Source of the DNA: Moniliella sp. 'wahieum'
Lineage: Eukaryota
DNA length: 64,000 bases
Direction of reading: 5' to 3'
Assembly (NCBI GenBank): GCA_003971905.1
Contig: RSEE01000020.1
Coordinates: 558,001 to 622,000, forward strand
In this document: positions 48,109-62,133 of the stretch, piece after piece
How positions within the stretch are numbered: the first letter of the stretch is position 1
Layout: each line of letters opens with the position of its first letter
Made by a program: the position numbers and the translations under genes
The notes under the pieces: model-generated
Databases searched by the model: none
Told to the model about the DNA's origin: nothing
What the model saw: only the letters and a program-made list of their open reading frames with translations

Positions 48109-50590
48109 TCACTGTGTGGGAGACGGGGCGCCAACATCGGTACCATTGTGGGCTGGCTTGCGGGAGGAGCGGGAAGTTTTGCTTGACGAGCTCGGGACCG
48201 AAGGTTTGTCCTTGAGCACTGTACACATTGAACCCCCCCCACCCAAAACAACCAAAACAACCAAAACAACTGATTAGCCATACGAGCCACCTAGCCAACC
48301 AAAAAGGGGAAGAATACAACAACGTACAGCTCTTGAAAAAGTCATGCAGGACCTCGCTCTGCCGCTGTGGGCCTCCTGAAGGCGAGGCGGTACCGGTCGT
48401 AGCACGCGGGGGCGCGAGCGGATCAAGTTCCGGACGGGTACGGTCCCGCTTCTCCTTGGATTTGGGTTTGGGAGGTGGGGTAGCCTCGGCCTCGCCTTCG
48501 GCGGTGAACTTGGACAGGGTGCCTAGGCTAGCGGCTGCCAAGGGCCCCACCACCGTTCGACGCGTAAGGTCGTCGTGCGCCACCTCGACAGCCGAACTGT
48601 TCTTGTGTTTGCGTCCGTCTGACTCGGCACTGAGTGTGCCTGTGCCCGTTCCGCCCGGGCGAGAGGCAGCCTCCGGCTCTTTCAGGAGCAAACTGTACAG
48701 CTGCGACAAGAATGCTTGAATGTCCGGTGAGCTGACCTTGGCACCATTCGCGATTGCTGGTTCGCGTGCATGCCAGTCGCCCACAATGTTCTCAAACGAG
48801 GCGACGGCACTGCGTTGGCTGGCCGCCTCGGGTCCCAGAAGACTGGAGCGCAACGCGGCCTCTTGCAACGTTGATTCGTCCGCCGCCATGCCGTTCACGA
48901 TCCGTGTCCGACGCGTCAACTCCACTTCCATGTCCGTGTCCCACGCCTTGGCCATCGCAGCACAATCAAATGTATCTTCGTTCCCACGAAGCGCCTTGAT
49001 CTTGCCGTAACTGTCCCAGCCACAAGGAACAAACACCGTGTCCCGGTCCACTGTGCTTGCTCGCGTCGTCAAAGGGAACCGGGTGGAAGCGGATGCACCA
49101 CGGGTGCGGTTGAACAGGCGGTTCAACAAGTACTGCCGCAGTAGGGCCACCGACTCGGGTCGGTGACTTGACGTGTAGAACAGCGCGGCACCATCTGAGA
49201 AAAAGCCAGGGAGAGATGCGGGTTAGTACAATCGCATCGCTTTACGAAGGTTCGAGGTTCGACTGACACTTGAGACAGATCACCCGGAGCACTTGTTGGA
49301 CATAGTCAAACTGTTCCTCCTTGAACTGCCGTTCCACCTCCAGTTTGCCCATCGTATCCGCCTTGGTGCATACCACCACGATCTCCACGCCCCAATTGGA
49401 ATCGTTGTCGAGGGTGCCATCGCCGAGAGGCGCTTGGTAGTGGGTGTCGATCGCGGCCAAAGAAGAGGATTGGATGGGGGAGGAAGGAGGCAGGACCGAG
49501 TCCGAGCTGGGACCCTCAGCGGCCGAGGCGGGAGCAGCAACCGAGCCAGGCGTCGAGGCTGGGACGTTGAACCGAGGCAGCCCGGCCGCTTGCGGTTCGC
49601 GATAGGATGTGAATGCATGTTCCACTGGGCAGACCCCAAATTGTCAGTTTGTCAGTTTGTCAGTTTGTCCTTCCAGCCCAGCCAATCGGGGCAGTACACG
49701 TACACTGTTCCCTCATTTCGTCCAGCGCTGCCCACTTGGCGCTCCAGGCAGCAGGGGCGCTTGCGCCCTTACCGCGGTCCAAGCCACCGTCACTAGCGTC
49801 GTTGACAACGCGTCGGATAACAGCAAGCCACCTGCGAAGTTGCTCGAGGAAGGTGTGGGGCTGGGTCCAGTCCAGAACCAACACAATCAAGCTTTTGGCC
49901 AGCGCATCGAGGGACGGGGGGGTGGCTAGCGTCATGGTACCGGGAGCGGAGGAGCCGTTGGTAGCAGCCGTGGAGGCGGGTGCAGTCGAGTGGTAGTGGG
50001 GTTTATTTTGGGAAAACACTTGGGCTGCCAATGTCGAGTAGAGCTTGCGCATCGGCACGTCAGACTCGGGCTGCTCGGGAGGGAAGGCAAAGTTAAGCAA
50101 CTGGCAATAGGCGGGGTCCGAGGACGGCAGTGTGTAGGCGCCGACACGCGCCAGCACTGTCATAGCACATGTCAGTTCTCGGCTATGCAAAGAAGAAGAG
50201 GCAACTTACAGTCGCCCTCTGAGTCCTCGTCTGCCACGTCCCAGTAGCCATACGACAGGCCTAAGAGAGGCATGCCCGAAGGGCCCATCAGGTCCGGCGT
50301 TTGTCCCTGCCCTTGGGCCGTAGTGGCGGCAGCGGCCGCGGCGGTGAGATCGTCCGCCTCTTCCTTCTGCGGGTCGGAAAACTAGAGGCGGCAGAGCCGG
50401 CAGCAAGGGCCTTGAGAAGAGTGCGCTTGCCCGTCGAGGGCTCTCCGAGAAGAAGGATGTTGTTGGTGGGCACACCGCGGGTATTCTGGACCGAGTTGAG
50501 GATCTCGGACCAGAGGCCATGTCCCGTCGTTGCAGCAGCACCTGCGTCCGCCGGAGAGGCGGCGGCGACAGCGGTGCCCACGTCGGCCAT
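48109..50590 (-). CDS. Cytoplasmic dynein light intermediate chain
   Basis: LWSEILNSV..NILLLGEPSTGKRTLL, IVLVLDWTQP, GVEIVVVCTKAD, FDYVQQVLRVICLK|YGAALFYTS, VDRDTVFVPCGWDSYGKIKAL, QSEVLHDFFKS. Four introns; the last is 48219-48327. Confidence 0.92.
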
Positions 50591-51060
50591 AGCAGGGTGG
50601 ATAGTGGATGGCGTGGCGGGCGTGGCGACGGCGCTCCGGCGCGGGTGCGCCACAACAGCCATTCGACCCGGCTTACCTCAGCGGTTGTCTGCCACGTGAC
50701 CTGCGCCTGCCGCTTGTCCTGCGTTTTGTTTCAGAGGCCATGGTGTGGACCGCTCCTCGCGTATATAGGCTGCCCAGCCCCCCGCCACAATGTGCCATGC
50801 CTACGCGTCTATGCCCCTCCCCCCCCCGTCCCTCCAGTCCGATGAAACGCGACGAAGACGATAGTAGAAAAGCACTGGAGAACGCGCCCCAGGAGCAATA
50901 GCGTCACACCACATACACTAACAGGCAAAAGAAGGAATAAGAAAAACAAGAGGTGGGCAAAAACTCACAACAAGCAACGCAGATCATTTTGGGCACCAGA
51001 TCAGATGGTTTTTGGCACGATGGTCTCGAGCTCACCGCAACCAGGTTTCCCCCAGCACGC

Positions 51061-52157
51061 TTAGTTGGGCGCTTCAAAGTACTTGGGCAGGTACTTGACC
51101 TGGTCCTTGCAGGTCGACGGGGTGGTAGACTCGGTCGAGACGTAGTGGCCACCAAGCAACGGGCCGTAGACGTAGTTGAAGTACCAAAACTCGGTCAGCT
51201 CCTCTTTGGCATCGTCGTCGCAGCCAATGAACGGCACGGCGCCCGTTGCGTTCTTCAGGGCGGCCTGGACGTCGGAAAGCGCATAGGTAGTGGTGTTGGA
51301 GGGCACAATGCCTGCTGCGGCCAGCCAGAGGTACGTGGGGTGGCTCTGGAACTGCTTGACAATCTCTTGGAAGTACGCCAGCACGGCATAGTCCGCCGCG
51401 GAAATCGGCTTGCCATTCACAAAGTCGGACCGGATGTTGGCAGGGGGCATGCACGAGGCGCGCATGGCGCTAAAGCACGTGCCGTGCTTGTTGTACTCAT
51501 GCTCGGGCAGGCCGGGGCTGTAGTACTGGTCCATGATGAGCGCAAGACCGGGATCGTACTTGGACACAATGTCCCGGATCTCCTGTTCGGTGTACTCGGG
51601 GATACCGGTAGTATTGGAGCACGACTGGAAACAAAAAGAGGATTAGTCAACATGCCCTTGGGTCCACCAATTTGAATTGGCCATATAAGCAGGACTTGGT
51701 ACTCACAGCAGGGTACAACGAGTTGCAGTAGTCTGCACATCGCAAAGAGATGGAGAGAATGTAAGCATGGTCCAAGGGATCAGTACTCATACGATAACAA
51801 AGGGAAGGGATGCTAACCTGGCCAAAGACCGTGGATCGTAGTCGAGTCGAGAGACGCCGTCGTGTTCACCGCGCCCGAGTCCCAAAACTGAGTGACGAGC
51901 AGCAAGCCCGACTGCAGGCCTGGATCCGTATCGTTCTTGGGGTCGATCCAGGTGTTGGTGCAGCAAGACTCGGGGGTGTTCGGCTTTACCCAGGTGACGT
52001 TAGTGCAGCGGAGGGTGAGAGCCTTGCCACACGCCTGGAGGTCGTTCGGGCCCCAGCCGGCCGGGGTGGACCCGGGCAGGAGGGACATGACGGAGGCCGT
52101 GGCACCGGGCAGGGCCAAGACGGCGGTGGCAGCGGCCGCAAGAGAGAGTTGGAACAT
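51061..52157 (-). CDS. RNY1: Secreted ribonuclease T2
   Basis: Signal peptide, SCC..GLLLVTQFWD, CAS I TIHGLWP|D, CAS II EHEYNKHGTC, TYLWLAAAGIVPS, L.EFWYF, KYLPK. Two introns flank a short exon near 51.7 kb. Confidence 0.93.
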
Positions 52158-52853
52158 GGGACGTCTGGTTGTGGTGGGGAGGAGGAAAGAGGGGGAGGGG
52201 GAAGGAGAGGAGAGGGAGAGGGAAAGGGAGGGATGCCGTGAAATGTGACAAGTAGGCTTTGGCGTGTTGGTGAACTTCCCATTCAGCTGGTTCACTTGGC
52301 CATGTGCCACTAGCAATCGGGCCCCGCAACGTGGTTTGGGGCACACTGGCGCTGCGCTGCCTGATCTGCAGCGTGGCCAAGATAAAGCGATTGAACGTTT
52401 GAACGTTTGCCCAACGTACCTATCCATCAGCCCATGCTGCACAGCCCAGCCTGTGCCTGAGGCCTGGCAGGCCACCCGAGGCAAAAGCGGCCATAATCGC
52501 ATCCCTCCCATCTCCCTCCCATCCATCTCTCTCTCTGGGGCTGTTCCCTGCTGTTCCTAGCACCAATCGCTGGTGTTCTGTTCCTCTTTGAAATTTAAAG
52601 GTAAATCTCATCATCCATTCCTCCCCCTTCCCATCCTAATAACGGTCGTGTTCGCGACAACCCGCGTTCCCCTCGCCCTGATTGCTATACACCTAGATCA
52701 GGATGTGGCACAGCACAAGCGCGGGATAGTCTGGGGGGAAAAGGGTTAACCCCTCCATCCACAAGCGCGCGCTACCCCATCTGCGTACAAGGCGCGTAAA
52801 ATGCATTCCCCATTAGGAATGCCATTGAGACTCCCATTTGGAAAACAAAAGAA

Positions 52854-53318
52854 CTAAGCCATGTCCTTAATAAACTTGCGGATCAGGCCTTCCTGCGCAC
52901 ACGCCGGCACATCCTCCAACCGACCCACCTCCTTCCCATCCCGCATCGCCACAATCGTAGGTACACACCTCACCCCGTACTGAGCCCGGGCAAGTTGGTC
53001 CCTTGCCGCCAGACGGGGGGGTCTCCCACATTCACCAGGTAGCCCTCTGCGGCGCCCCCGGGTCCAAAGACTTGCTGGATCGCCGGCAACGATTGACGGC
53101 AGTCGGGGCACCACGATGGCGTGCCTGTCCAGCGTCAGTACTCAGTGTTTGTCCTGTGCGCTTGCGACCCCTGGCCATGGACAGAGGGGCAGACAGAAAC
53201 CCAATATCGAGTAGACAAGGTGAGAGAGACATACCATTGGCCCAGAAGATAAGTAGCGGGTGGTGGTGCTCTTGGTTAGCTCAGCGAGCTGAGTAGGTGT
53301 GGCGGTCGGCAACGACAT
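52854..53318 (-). CDS. TXNDC17: Thioredoxin-related protein 14 (TXNDC17/DUF953-like)
   Basis: Spliced model (intron 53125-53234) gives SWCPDCR..YLVNVGD..W..YGVRCVPTIV..GRL. WCPDC is the TRP14 active site. The ORF track misses this frame. Confidence 0.85.
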
Positions 53319-55743
53319 GGTGGGTAGGAAGCAATGCTTCTATCCCGACCAATCTTTTTTTCCGTTACAGTGTGGGCCGGAGGCGCTGCTTGCAATTGTC
53401 AAAAGCATGGGACTGACGCGTGACGTGATTGCGAATGTGGTCAGCCGATCCACCCGCTCGTTGCCAAATTTCCATCCAACGTTCCAACCCCCAACCATGA
53501 AATTTGAACAGTTTGACCTTTGAATCTGGGCACGACAACACATTTCAAACGGCACGTGCATTCAATGTGTTCCTTTGGTTGAGGTGCGAATCATCTGTTT
53601 CTCGGTGCTAAACCACTTCATTGTGGTGCTGCCCTCGCTCAGCGCTCAGCGCTCCCAAATGCTAAATCCTAGTAGTCTTTCCCATCCAGGGCCTGGTCTG
53701 GTCTTCCTCTGATCGATGCACTCTGTCTCGTGGTAACTCCTGCAAGTGAGATGGATGCGGTCTATGTCTTTGGCCGAAGTAAAAACAGGGCGACGACGGA
53801 CATTCCGTAAAGATCACAATAAGAGGCGGAGGAAGGGGGACAATCGGATACAGGGAAAAGAAAGAATGCAAGGAGTCAAACCGAGTCAGCCTTGAGCGAA
53901 ACGACCGTCCAAGCTCCAGAGAGACTACAAAGGTATACAGTGGTATCCCGACAGTCAGGGAGCTCAGCGGCCCAAAGCAGCCGGGGGCAGGCAACTGTAT
54001 TCGTATATGGGTCTCGCATCGCGGGGAACTTTTGGACGTGGATCTGATGGCACTGCACGTTGTTTTGGGCCGGACGGATGCGAAGCCACCCCTCAGGACG
54101 CGCAGAAGCGAGGATGACTTGGTGGGACAATGGAATAGAGCGCGGGTGCCAGTCGGGCCTATCAAGGATGGGTATAAATGGACATATGAAAAGTACAGCA
54201 GTCCTACACACAGGCGCACTGGATCTGTTGGATGGTTGGCCACATGCGGAAGGAGATGGTGGTATCATGTTTCGAGAGGATAGATCCCAGAAAAGGTTGA
54301 GTAGAAGCTGTTGGCACGATGCTGAGACGATCTGTACGCGGTGTTGGCATGCGCATGCCGCTGTGGATGTGAGATGGATGGTGACAGGGTGGCTACAGGG
54401 GCAGTGTGTGGATGGAGGTGCTGACGAGCTGAAAGAGACGAGGATGATGAGAGGTCAACGCATCTCCGCTGCTCGGGGAGGCGCAACAAGGGGAAGGAGG
54501 GGTGTCAGATAGGCCACAAGCACGGCATGCACACGAATGTTGGAAAGAGATGGTGTTGCGAAGAGCAAGTTGCCTGTGCGGGTGAGCTGTGCTGATGCGC
54601 TGATGGACTGATGCACTGATCCCTCGTGGCCGGCGGGGGTGGCAGTGTGGATTGGGCGCAAACGCTAAGGCCTAGCGCTGTCCATACCTGCAAGGGGGAG
54701 GGAGGCAGAAGGAGACCGATGGATGGATGGATGGATGGCCGACCATCGATCCTTCAAGGTTCAAGCTGCCCCATGGGGCAAGGGAGGGAGGGGTGACCGG
54801 TGAGACTGGTGAGGATTGGGGTGGGTGAGGATCGAGGACGTGGGATGGCGAGTGGCTGGGTAGGCGCAGGCTGCAATGCCCTCTGATGCGCTGAGCGCGG
54901 TCACCGGTCAGGTGACCCAACCAGGGGGGGGCTTGCAGTGGCACCACTCGAGAGAGCGCGCAAGCAGGAGCATGCATGGGAGCAGCACTGCCTGCTGCAG
55001 CTGCACGCGCCCTTGCACCGCTGAGATCGACACACCCGGGTGGATCGGTGGGTGCAGTGATCTATCTGACCGGTGATCGATGAGGTAAGGCATGCAAAGC
55101 CACGTTGACAACCCAGGCGGGCACTGGGGCGCAGTGCCGTGGGCAAAGGCGCCTCTCGGCTGGGCTGTGCTCAGATGTACATGTCACCCGTCGCACAGGG
55201 CACAACCACAGCCGCTGTGGCTAGTGCTCCTGCGGGTGCCTTGCAGCGCACGCATGCCCCATGCTGCATGCCCCAGAGACGCACCCAACACTCGGCACTC
55301 CCGCGTCACGCGTCACGCCTCCCGCAGCACAGCGCCCCTTCTGCCAGCAGCCACCTGCCCCCCTGCTGAGGTGGCAGGCAGGGCCCCCCAGCTGGCCAGC
55401 CAGAGCAACACACAGAACACCCACCCCCGCCACACCGCCCCCGTGCGGGCCCACCCACCCCACGCAGCCCAGCTGCCGTCTGCGCTGATTTCATCATTAC
55501 AATTGCTACTGCTGCTACCCACCCCCCCTCGCTCACCCGCTCTCCTCTCTCCCCCTCCCACCACCACCACCCCGTCCCACCTCCCCCTTCTCCCCTCGTT
55601 CGCTGTGCTGGCCACGAGCGTCGTTGCCACCGCCACTCACCACCCCCTATCGCTGTGCGACTCATCTCTCCACCTCATCCATCGCTGGTCGATCTTATCC
55701 CGTGCCACCCGCCCCCCACCTCCCATTCCACACTTGCTCCGCC

Positions 55744-57045
55744 ATGTCGTCTGCTGCCGCCATGGGCTTCTCCGCCTCCCCAACCCGCCCGCCGCCACCA
55801 CGCCTCCTTCCAGGATTGTCCACAACGTCTCCCTCCTGGACCTGATCAAGTCGCACGTGTCCCACGACATGGTCGTCTACCTCGCCCACAGTGTCGCACA
55901 CGTCATCCAGTGCGGAGACGAGGAGGAAGAGTTGATGCCTACCCCGCTTCCAGGCACGAGCCTGATCGATGTAGCCATGCCGATCCTGCGGTGCACTCCC
56001 AACTCGCTGGCCTGCCCAGCCTCGAGACATTCATCACGCAGCTGGTCGAGCACTCCAATGTCCAGGTCTCGACGCTGGTGTGCACGCTGGTCTACCTCGC
56101 TCGCTTGAAGACCCGTTTGCCTGGTGTGGCCAAGGGCATGCCCTGCACGCGCCATCGTGTGTTCTTGGCCGCCCTCATCCTGGCTGCCAAGTACCTCAAC
56201 GACTCGTCTCCCAAGAACAAGCACTGGTGCCGCTACGCGCAGCTCTTCTCTCTGGCCGAAGTCAACCTGATGGAGAAACAACTGCTCTACTTGCTGGACT
56301 ATGATCTTCGCATTGATGAGTCCGAACTGTCTTCCATGTTGCACCCTTCTTCCGCCACTTTGAGCTCCCGGCGGACAAGGGCCGTCGGGAGATGTACCTC
56401 CGTGGTGTCGAGGCTGGACGCGAGATGCTTCGCTACGCCCGTGCGACCGAACGGCGCATCTACCTTCGTGGCTTGCCTCAAGACGAGGTGCCGTTTTGGA
56501 AGGACAATAGTGCCACGCTGCCGCCTGCCCTGCCCACTACGGTTGCGCGCCCGCATTATGAGACTCATGTGGCGCATGGCCTGTCGTCCGGTGCCATCGA
56601 CACGGCTACTCCCTCGCCCGAGTTGGTGGACGACTCGGGGAACTCGTCCACGTCTACCTCTCCCTCGAACGATGCCCACGCATCCCCACTCCGCCCGGAC
56701 CTAGCGCGGCTTGTACGCGCTTTCCGTGCCGAGGGTGCGAAGGACGCTTCCCACGCCACTGCTGTGCCTTGGCCCCGCATCCCCGCGCCCGCTGCGGCAG
56801 TGACCAAGCCTACTGGCTACCACGCCTATCCCCCCCGGGGTACGCCGCTCACCTCCCCGACCTGCCCCGTAGCGGCTTGCGCGCCTAGAGTGGTGCTCCC
56901 ATGCGCTGGCGCATGGGTACCTCCTCCCTGGCATGAGGCTGGACACGGTCTCCTATTCCCCCTTTCGCCCCCCGCTGCTACAGCTCGTGTCATCCCTTTG
57001 GATCAATACCCTTTTGTTCCCTCTGGCACGTGCTCTTGCATCTGA
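55744..57045 (+). CDS. PCL1: Pho85-associated Pcl1/Pcl2-type cyclin
   Basis: [95 protein letters not shown]. 3' end approximate. Confidence 0.9.
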
Positions 57046-57427
57046 TTTCCCCCTGCCTATCCCTTCCCCTTATCCGCTCTTCCGCAACCCCATCCCTCAC
57101 GCGTCCTGTTGGGCATCCTGAATGGTATAACGACTGGAACCCTCCTCCCCTCTACCCTCTTCACCATGTAAGTGTGCCTGTTGGGCCTCTGGCCCGTGCT
57201 GTGTTCACCAATCTCAACCTATTTCACTTCACCTCTCTTGGCACGCCACCCGTTCTTTTTTTTTCTGCTAGTTTCTAGCTACCATTGACTACGCTCGTTC
57301 TAGTTTGCCACCACCGTTGGACGATTCCTAGCGTTACTAGCATATCACCCCCTGTTCTTGGTTGGTACTGTACCACTGGGCTCCTTTCTGTCTGGTTTCC
57401 ACCATCGCTCCTCCCTCCATCCTGTCG

Positions 57428-57507
57428 ACCTTGATCTTGATCTTGATCTTCGTCTTCATCTCGAACTTCATCTTCATCTTGATCTTCATACCTTGATCTT
57501 GATCTTC
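57428..57507. repeat. (CTTGAT/CTTCAT)n hexamer microsatellite
   Basis: About 13 degenerate tandem units downstream of the cyclin. Confidence 0.85.
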
Positions 57508-58179
57508 ACACTGATACCTCCTTTACTCCACCGCCCCAACGTACTCTTGGATCTACCCTTCCATGGAAAGCAAAGGTGACCGCGACTGGGCCGGGTGCTG
57601 ATGCACTAAAGGATTCCCAGCGCAGATTGGTATCACACTCTCCCTACGCTTCCCCCCTCCCCTTTTCCTTTCCCTTCCGTCTCCTTATCTCTCCGTACCT
57701 CGCCCCGTCCTGGAGACGGGGGCTAGAATGGGTCGCACCCTGGAATTAGAAAGCAATTTCCGATGCTTGTATGTATAGGCGGGGGTTGTAGGAGACATAC
57801 GAGGGGGTCCGCGTGGCGGGATCGAAGCCAGAGGGGCAACTGGGTGGCATAGACCGAGGGCAAGTGTCGGGGGGCAGGAGCGTGCTACATAGAGGCTGAT
57901 CAACCTGACCTGCTCCGATAGTCGATGGGCTCCTGGCCGCTATGGTCCCTTCAGCCTTGAGGCCCATGCGGACACCTGGCAGAGCGCCCTGATCAATTCC
58001 GCCGCGCACAGGCACACACGCGATGGCCGTGCTTGGATGCGGATGCGTGGGGCGGAACGAGGAGGGCGACGGCTGCCGGCTGACGTAAGGGAGGGGGGCA
58101 GCTGAGGTGGCCTCTGGCCTTGGCCGTGACGCTATCGGACGCATCCACCCACCTCTGCCTCCCCCTCCATCCCTCCACC

Positions 58180-61100
58180 ATGGCCGACGATCTTCCTGCT
58201 GGCGTATCAGCGCCCTTTCAGGCGTGGGTGCCCAAGGCGGTGGATCGCGTGCTGGGCGTAACCCTCACCGAGGGGAGACCTGGTGTCTACCTCGCCGAGG
58301 CTGCCGCCGAAAAGCCTACCGCCGCGGCGTACTGGGCGCTGGGCGAGAGTCTACTGTTTGAGCGGCTCCAGACGCCGACCGAATCGGACGAGACAGTGCT
58401 GGACTACATCTGCTTTCTTACACGCGCGCACGTGCGGAGGAGGCGCGTGCTCGTCGCATGCCTTCCCCCGACAAAGAGGCCGGCCTACTGTTGATGAGCC
58501 GGCTGCGCACCCTGTTGGCTGGTTATGTCCGCATGGCGCTCGAGGAGCCAGACGCGTGGGCCTTTCCCCCCTGCGTCGTCGCGCTTCCCAATGGTACCTC
58601 CCTTTCTGTCCCCGTTGGACCGCTCGCTCTTGTGCCCACCCTCATGAACCTCACTCATTTCGGCAGTGCCGCGATCGCCGACTGGGCCCCTGACGCACGC
58701 TTCCAAGCGACGCAGTCCCACCCCAAGCGGAAAAAAGCGATGGTGGACGCAGCTGTCGCCGCTACTGCCGGATGGAAAGCGATCGCACCAGACGATGTGC
58801 ATCTCTTCCTTTCCGACCTGATTACTGCGGCCGGCGTGCCACCCGACACAACCACCGTCGAAGTTGGCCCGAACCAAGGGGTGGTAGGCCAATCCCGGTT
58901 CGAAGATCTGCTTCCTATCTTAGGACCGGCCATTTCTCTGATTGCGCAACGGGTTGCTGGCCCGCCCCCTCCCCCGGCTCCGCCCGCCCCCCTTCGGCCT
59001 GGATCTCGACGACCCCAACGCTCGCACCACAGGCCCTCAGCTCGTGCCACGGCCGCTGGCTTGGCACCCGAAGCGCTGCGTGCTGCGGTGGAAGCGGGTG
59101 ACGTACGCTCTGCCCTGGCCCTTATTTTGGCAGGCAACCAACCCCCTGCAGCGGGGGACGAGCCGATGGATGTGGACGAGGACGAAGATGAAGATGAAGA
59201 TGAAGAAGACGAGTACGACGAAGGATATGGGACCCCTCCTCCACCGCCCTGCTTCGGACCGAAGCGATTCTTCGCGCCGGGAAGCGGGTAGACCACGCTG
59301 GACCCTCAGCTCAAAGTTCAGTGGATGGGTTCGCGCTCGACTCATTGGCTTGGCGGCCCTATGTTTCGGTGTTGGTCGCCTTGGCCGAGAACAAGTGTTG
59401 GCGGAGATGGTATGTCCCCCGCCTTTCTCTCTCTTTAGTTGGGGATGAAGGGAGAGAGCTGACGCGATGGTTAGATGACTACGCTCGAATCGTTCAATCC
59501 GGCGAGCAAGCCTTCACGCCAGGAACGGGAGGCCTTCCTAGGCCCCCTTTTACGCTTGTCTACATTTGCCGATACCTTCCCGGCCTTTGCCTTGGCCAAT
59601 TTCACCTTCCCTCTTCCGGATTCGATCAAACCCCCACCGGAGGAGGCAGCAGCTCAGTCGAATGCCCCTAACGCTGCGCTGGCGAACCACCCCCTCTTTG
59701 GTGGCGGATTGACTGGTTCCACGTCTGAGCCCAAGGCTGTGACACGGGAAGAGCTGGAGGACCGGTATTCGTCGCTCCGTCATACGATCCATACATTGCG
59801 TGGCCAAACGTTTGCCTTGGTGAATGCGCTTGTGCGTTCGGGTCCCAGCGTGGGGAAGGAGAATGTACTGCGGTTCCTGGGTGCGTGGTGCACGCTCAAT
59901 GCGGGCCGAAGCCGGATGCGCGTCGATCCTCATCAGGTGGGCACGGACGGGATGGCGGTGGGCACATGGGACTTGGTGTATGCCCTAACGGCTCCGTTTG
60001 TGGATAAGATCAACACTGGGAATGCGGATCGGTTTGTGGCCAAGGTGGATCCACTGTGGTGGGCTACCCAAGCTCGGTTCCCTGCCAAACCGGATGACCT
60101 GACGCGCCTCTCGGCTTCGGCACCCGAGGTGACCGCCTGGGTGGACCAAGTGGCTTCCAATGTGAAGCCATTCAGCTTTGTGACAGAAACGTACTTCCTT
60201 GCCACGCGTGTGCTCACACTTGGACCAGGGAGGGTGTTGAGGGAGTACGACGAAATGTACAAGACCATGTCGCGCCTCCAGGAGCGGATCGAGGATGCGG
60301 AGCGGTCTCGTCCCCAGTGGCAGGGGAATGGGATGCATGCGATGCAGATGCGCATGTTTTTGACCCGTGCACGCGGAGAGTATGGTCGGTTGCAAGTTAC
60401 GCAGGCAGCGATGGCGACGCATATCTTTGATGGGGCCCCCAGGTTTTCGGGACTGGAGTCGGAAAGCGCCGATGGCTTCCTTCCCCATCTCATTGCCTTT
60501 GCCGCGTTTTCCATCCGCTTCCTCCTCTCTATTGCCCAGTCCAACAACACTGGCGGCACGGACGGATCGATCAACCAGGACGAGGTTCCTCCTACGTTCA
60601 AAATGCTGCCGGAGTACATCCTCACCGACGCTGCGGATAATGCGGTTTGTCGCACGGCACCGTCCGGCGCTGCTAACGCTGCCCGCTCGGACCGCCATTG
60701 TTTCTCTTACGCTGGCGCTCTCTCTCCTGCTGGAGACACGTATGTGCGCAACCCATTCGTCAAGGCGCGTTTGGCCGAGACGTTGTACTACATGCTGGAA
60801 GCCAACACGCCCTCGCCTCCGTTTGGGTCGCTCGAGGCTGCGGAGGGGGCGCGCACCCCAAGTGGTCCGTTGGCGGATACGCTCAACCTCAATCCGGATG
60901 CGGTCAGGATGCTTGTACCTGCGCTGATGCACTTTTGGATTGCGGCCGAGACGACGGGCAGCCACACGCAGTTTTACGATAAGTTTGAGATCCGTTCGCA
61001 CCTTGCGCGTATCTTTGATGCCATTTGGGACAGTCCGGCCCACATTCAACGGATCGATGATGTGGCTCATGCGGCTGGCGTGGCTACCATTTCCGACGTG

Positions 61101-62133
61101 GCAGAAGGCACGACGGCCCCGTGCCGAGCCTGGTTCGCCCGATGGACAGGGCGAGGGGGAAGAGAATGGTCTGTTTGTCACGTTCGTCAATCGGATCATG
61201 AACGACGTGACGTTCTTACTGGACGATGCTCTGACCAAGTTGGTCGAATTGCACGATGCGCAAGTCAAGTTGGCGGATATTGAGGCAGGTCGGTTGCCGG
61301 CCGATGCGCCGGTCGAGCCTCCTCCTGGGGGTGCGTCGAATGAGCGGAGTGGCGAGACACCACGCACCGCACTGGAGCAAGCGCAGGAATCGGTGCGACA
61401 GCTCGAGGGTCAAGTCAAGTGGATGTTGCACTATGGTGGACTGTTCCTTCGTGTCCTCGGCCGTTTCGCCGCTCGCTCGCCTCAGACTTTCCTCCTTCCT
61501 GAACTGGCAGACCGGTTGGCCGCCATGCTGGATTACGTGTTGGGACTGCTTGCGGGTCCGCGGACCGAAAGTCTCAAAGTGCGCGACCCGAAACGCGTCG
61601 GGTTCTACCCTCGTGCACTGCTGCAAACTCTGTTGCGGATCTACGTGGCGTTATCGCAGCAAGCCAGTTGCCGGGCCTTGGTGGCGGCTGCGATCGCGCG
61701 CGACGGTCGGTCGTACGATGCACGGGTGTTCCACAAGGCGGCCGGCTTGGCCCGCAAGCACATGTTACTTGCACCTACGGAAATTGACACGCTTGCGCTC
61801 CTGGTGCAAGAGGCCGAGAAGGACCGAGCGGCGGACGCGGCGTTGGAGGAGGACCTGGCAGATGCGCCGGACGAGTTCCTGGACCCGTTGATGGCTACCT
61901 TGATGCGCGACCCGGTCATGTTGCCTGCTTCCAAGATGGTCATGGACCGTGCTACCATCAAACAACATCTCCTCTCTGACCCTAGCGACCCGTTCAACCG
62001 CATGCCCTTGGCCTTGGCCGACGTGCTGCCCCAACCCGAGTTGAAGGCCAAAATCGAGGCGTGGCTGCAGGAAGTACGCGCCAAGGGCGAAGCGTATGCG
62101 CGTAAGCGCCGCCGTTCAGTCGTGGCGTCATAG
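58180..62133 (+). CDS. UFD2: Ubiquitin conjugation factor E4, U-box
   Basis: FLGPLLRLS, FSFVTETYFL, FKMLPEY, YVRNPFVKARLAE, TGSHTQFYDKF, FVNRIMNDVTFLLD, RLAAMLDY..L.GP, IARDGRSY, U-box APDEFLDPLMATLMRDPV..DPFNR. Intron 59410-59474. Confidence 0.95.

Noticed and set aside
1254..62133. Frameshifts in most genes as pseudogenisation or programmed frameshifting
   Set aside because: They hit highly conserved housekeeping genes indiscriminately, often as 1-nt losses in homopolymers, while motifs stay intact. This is the pattern of long-read consensus error.
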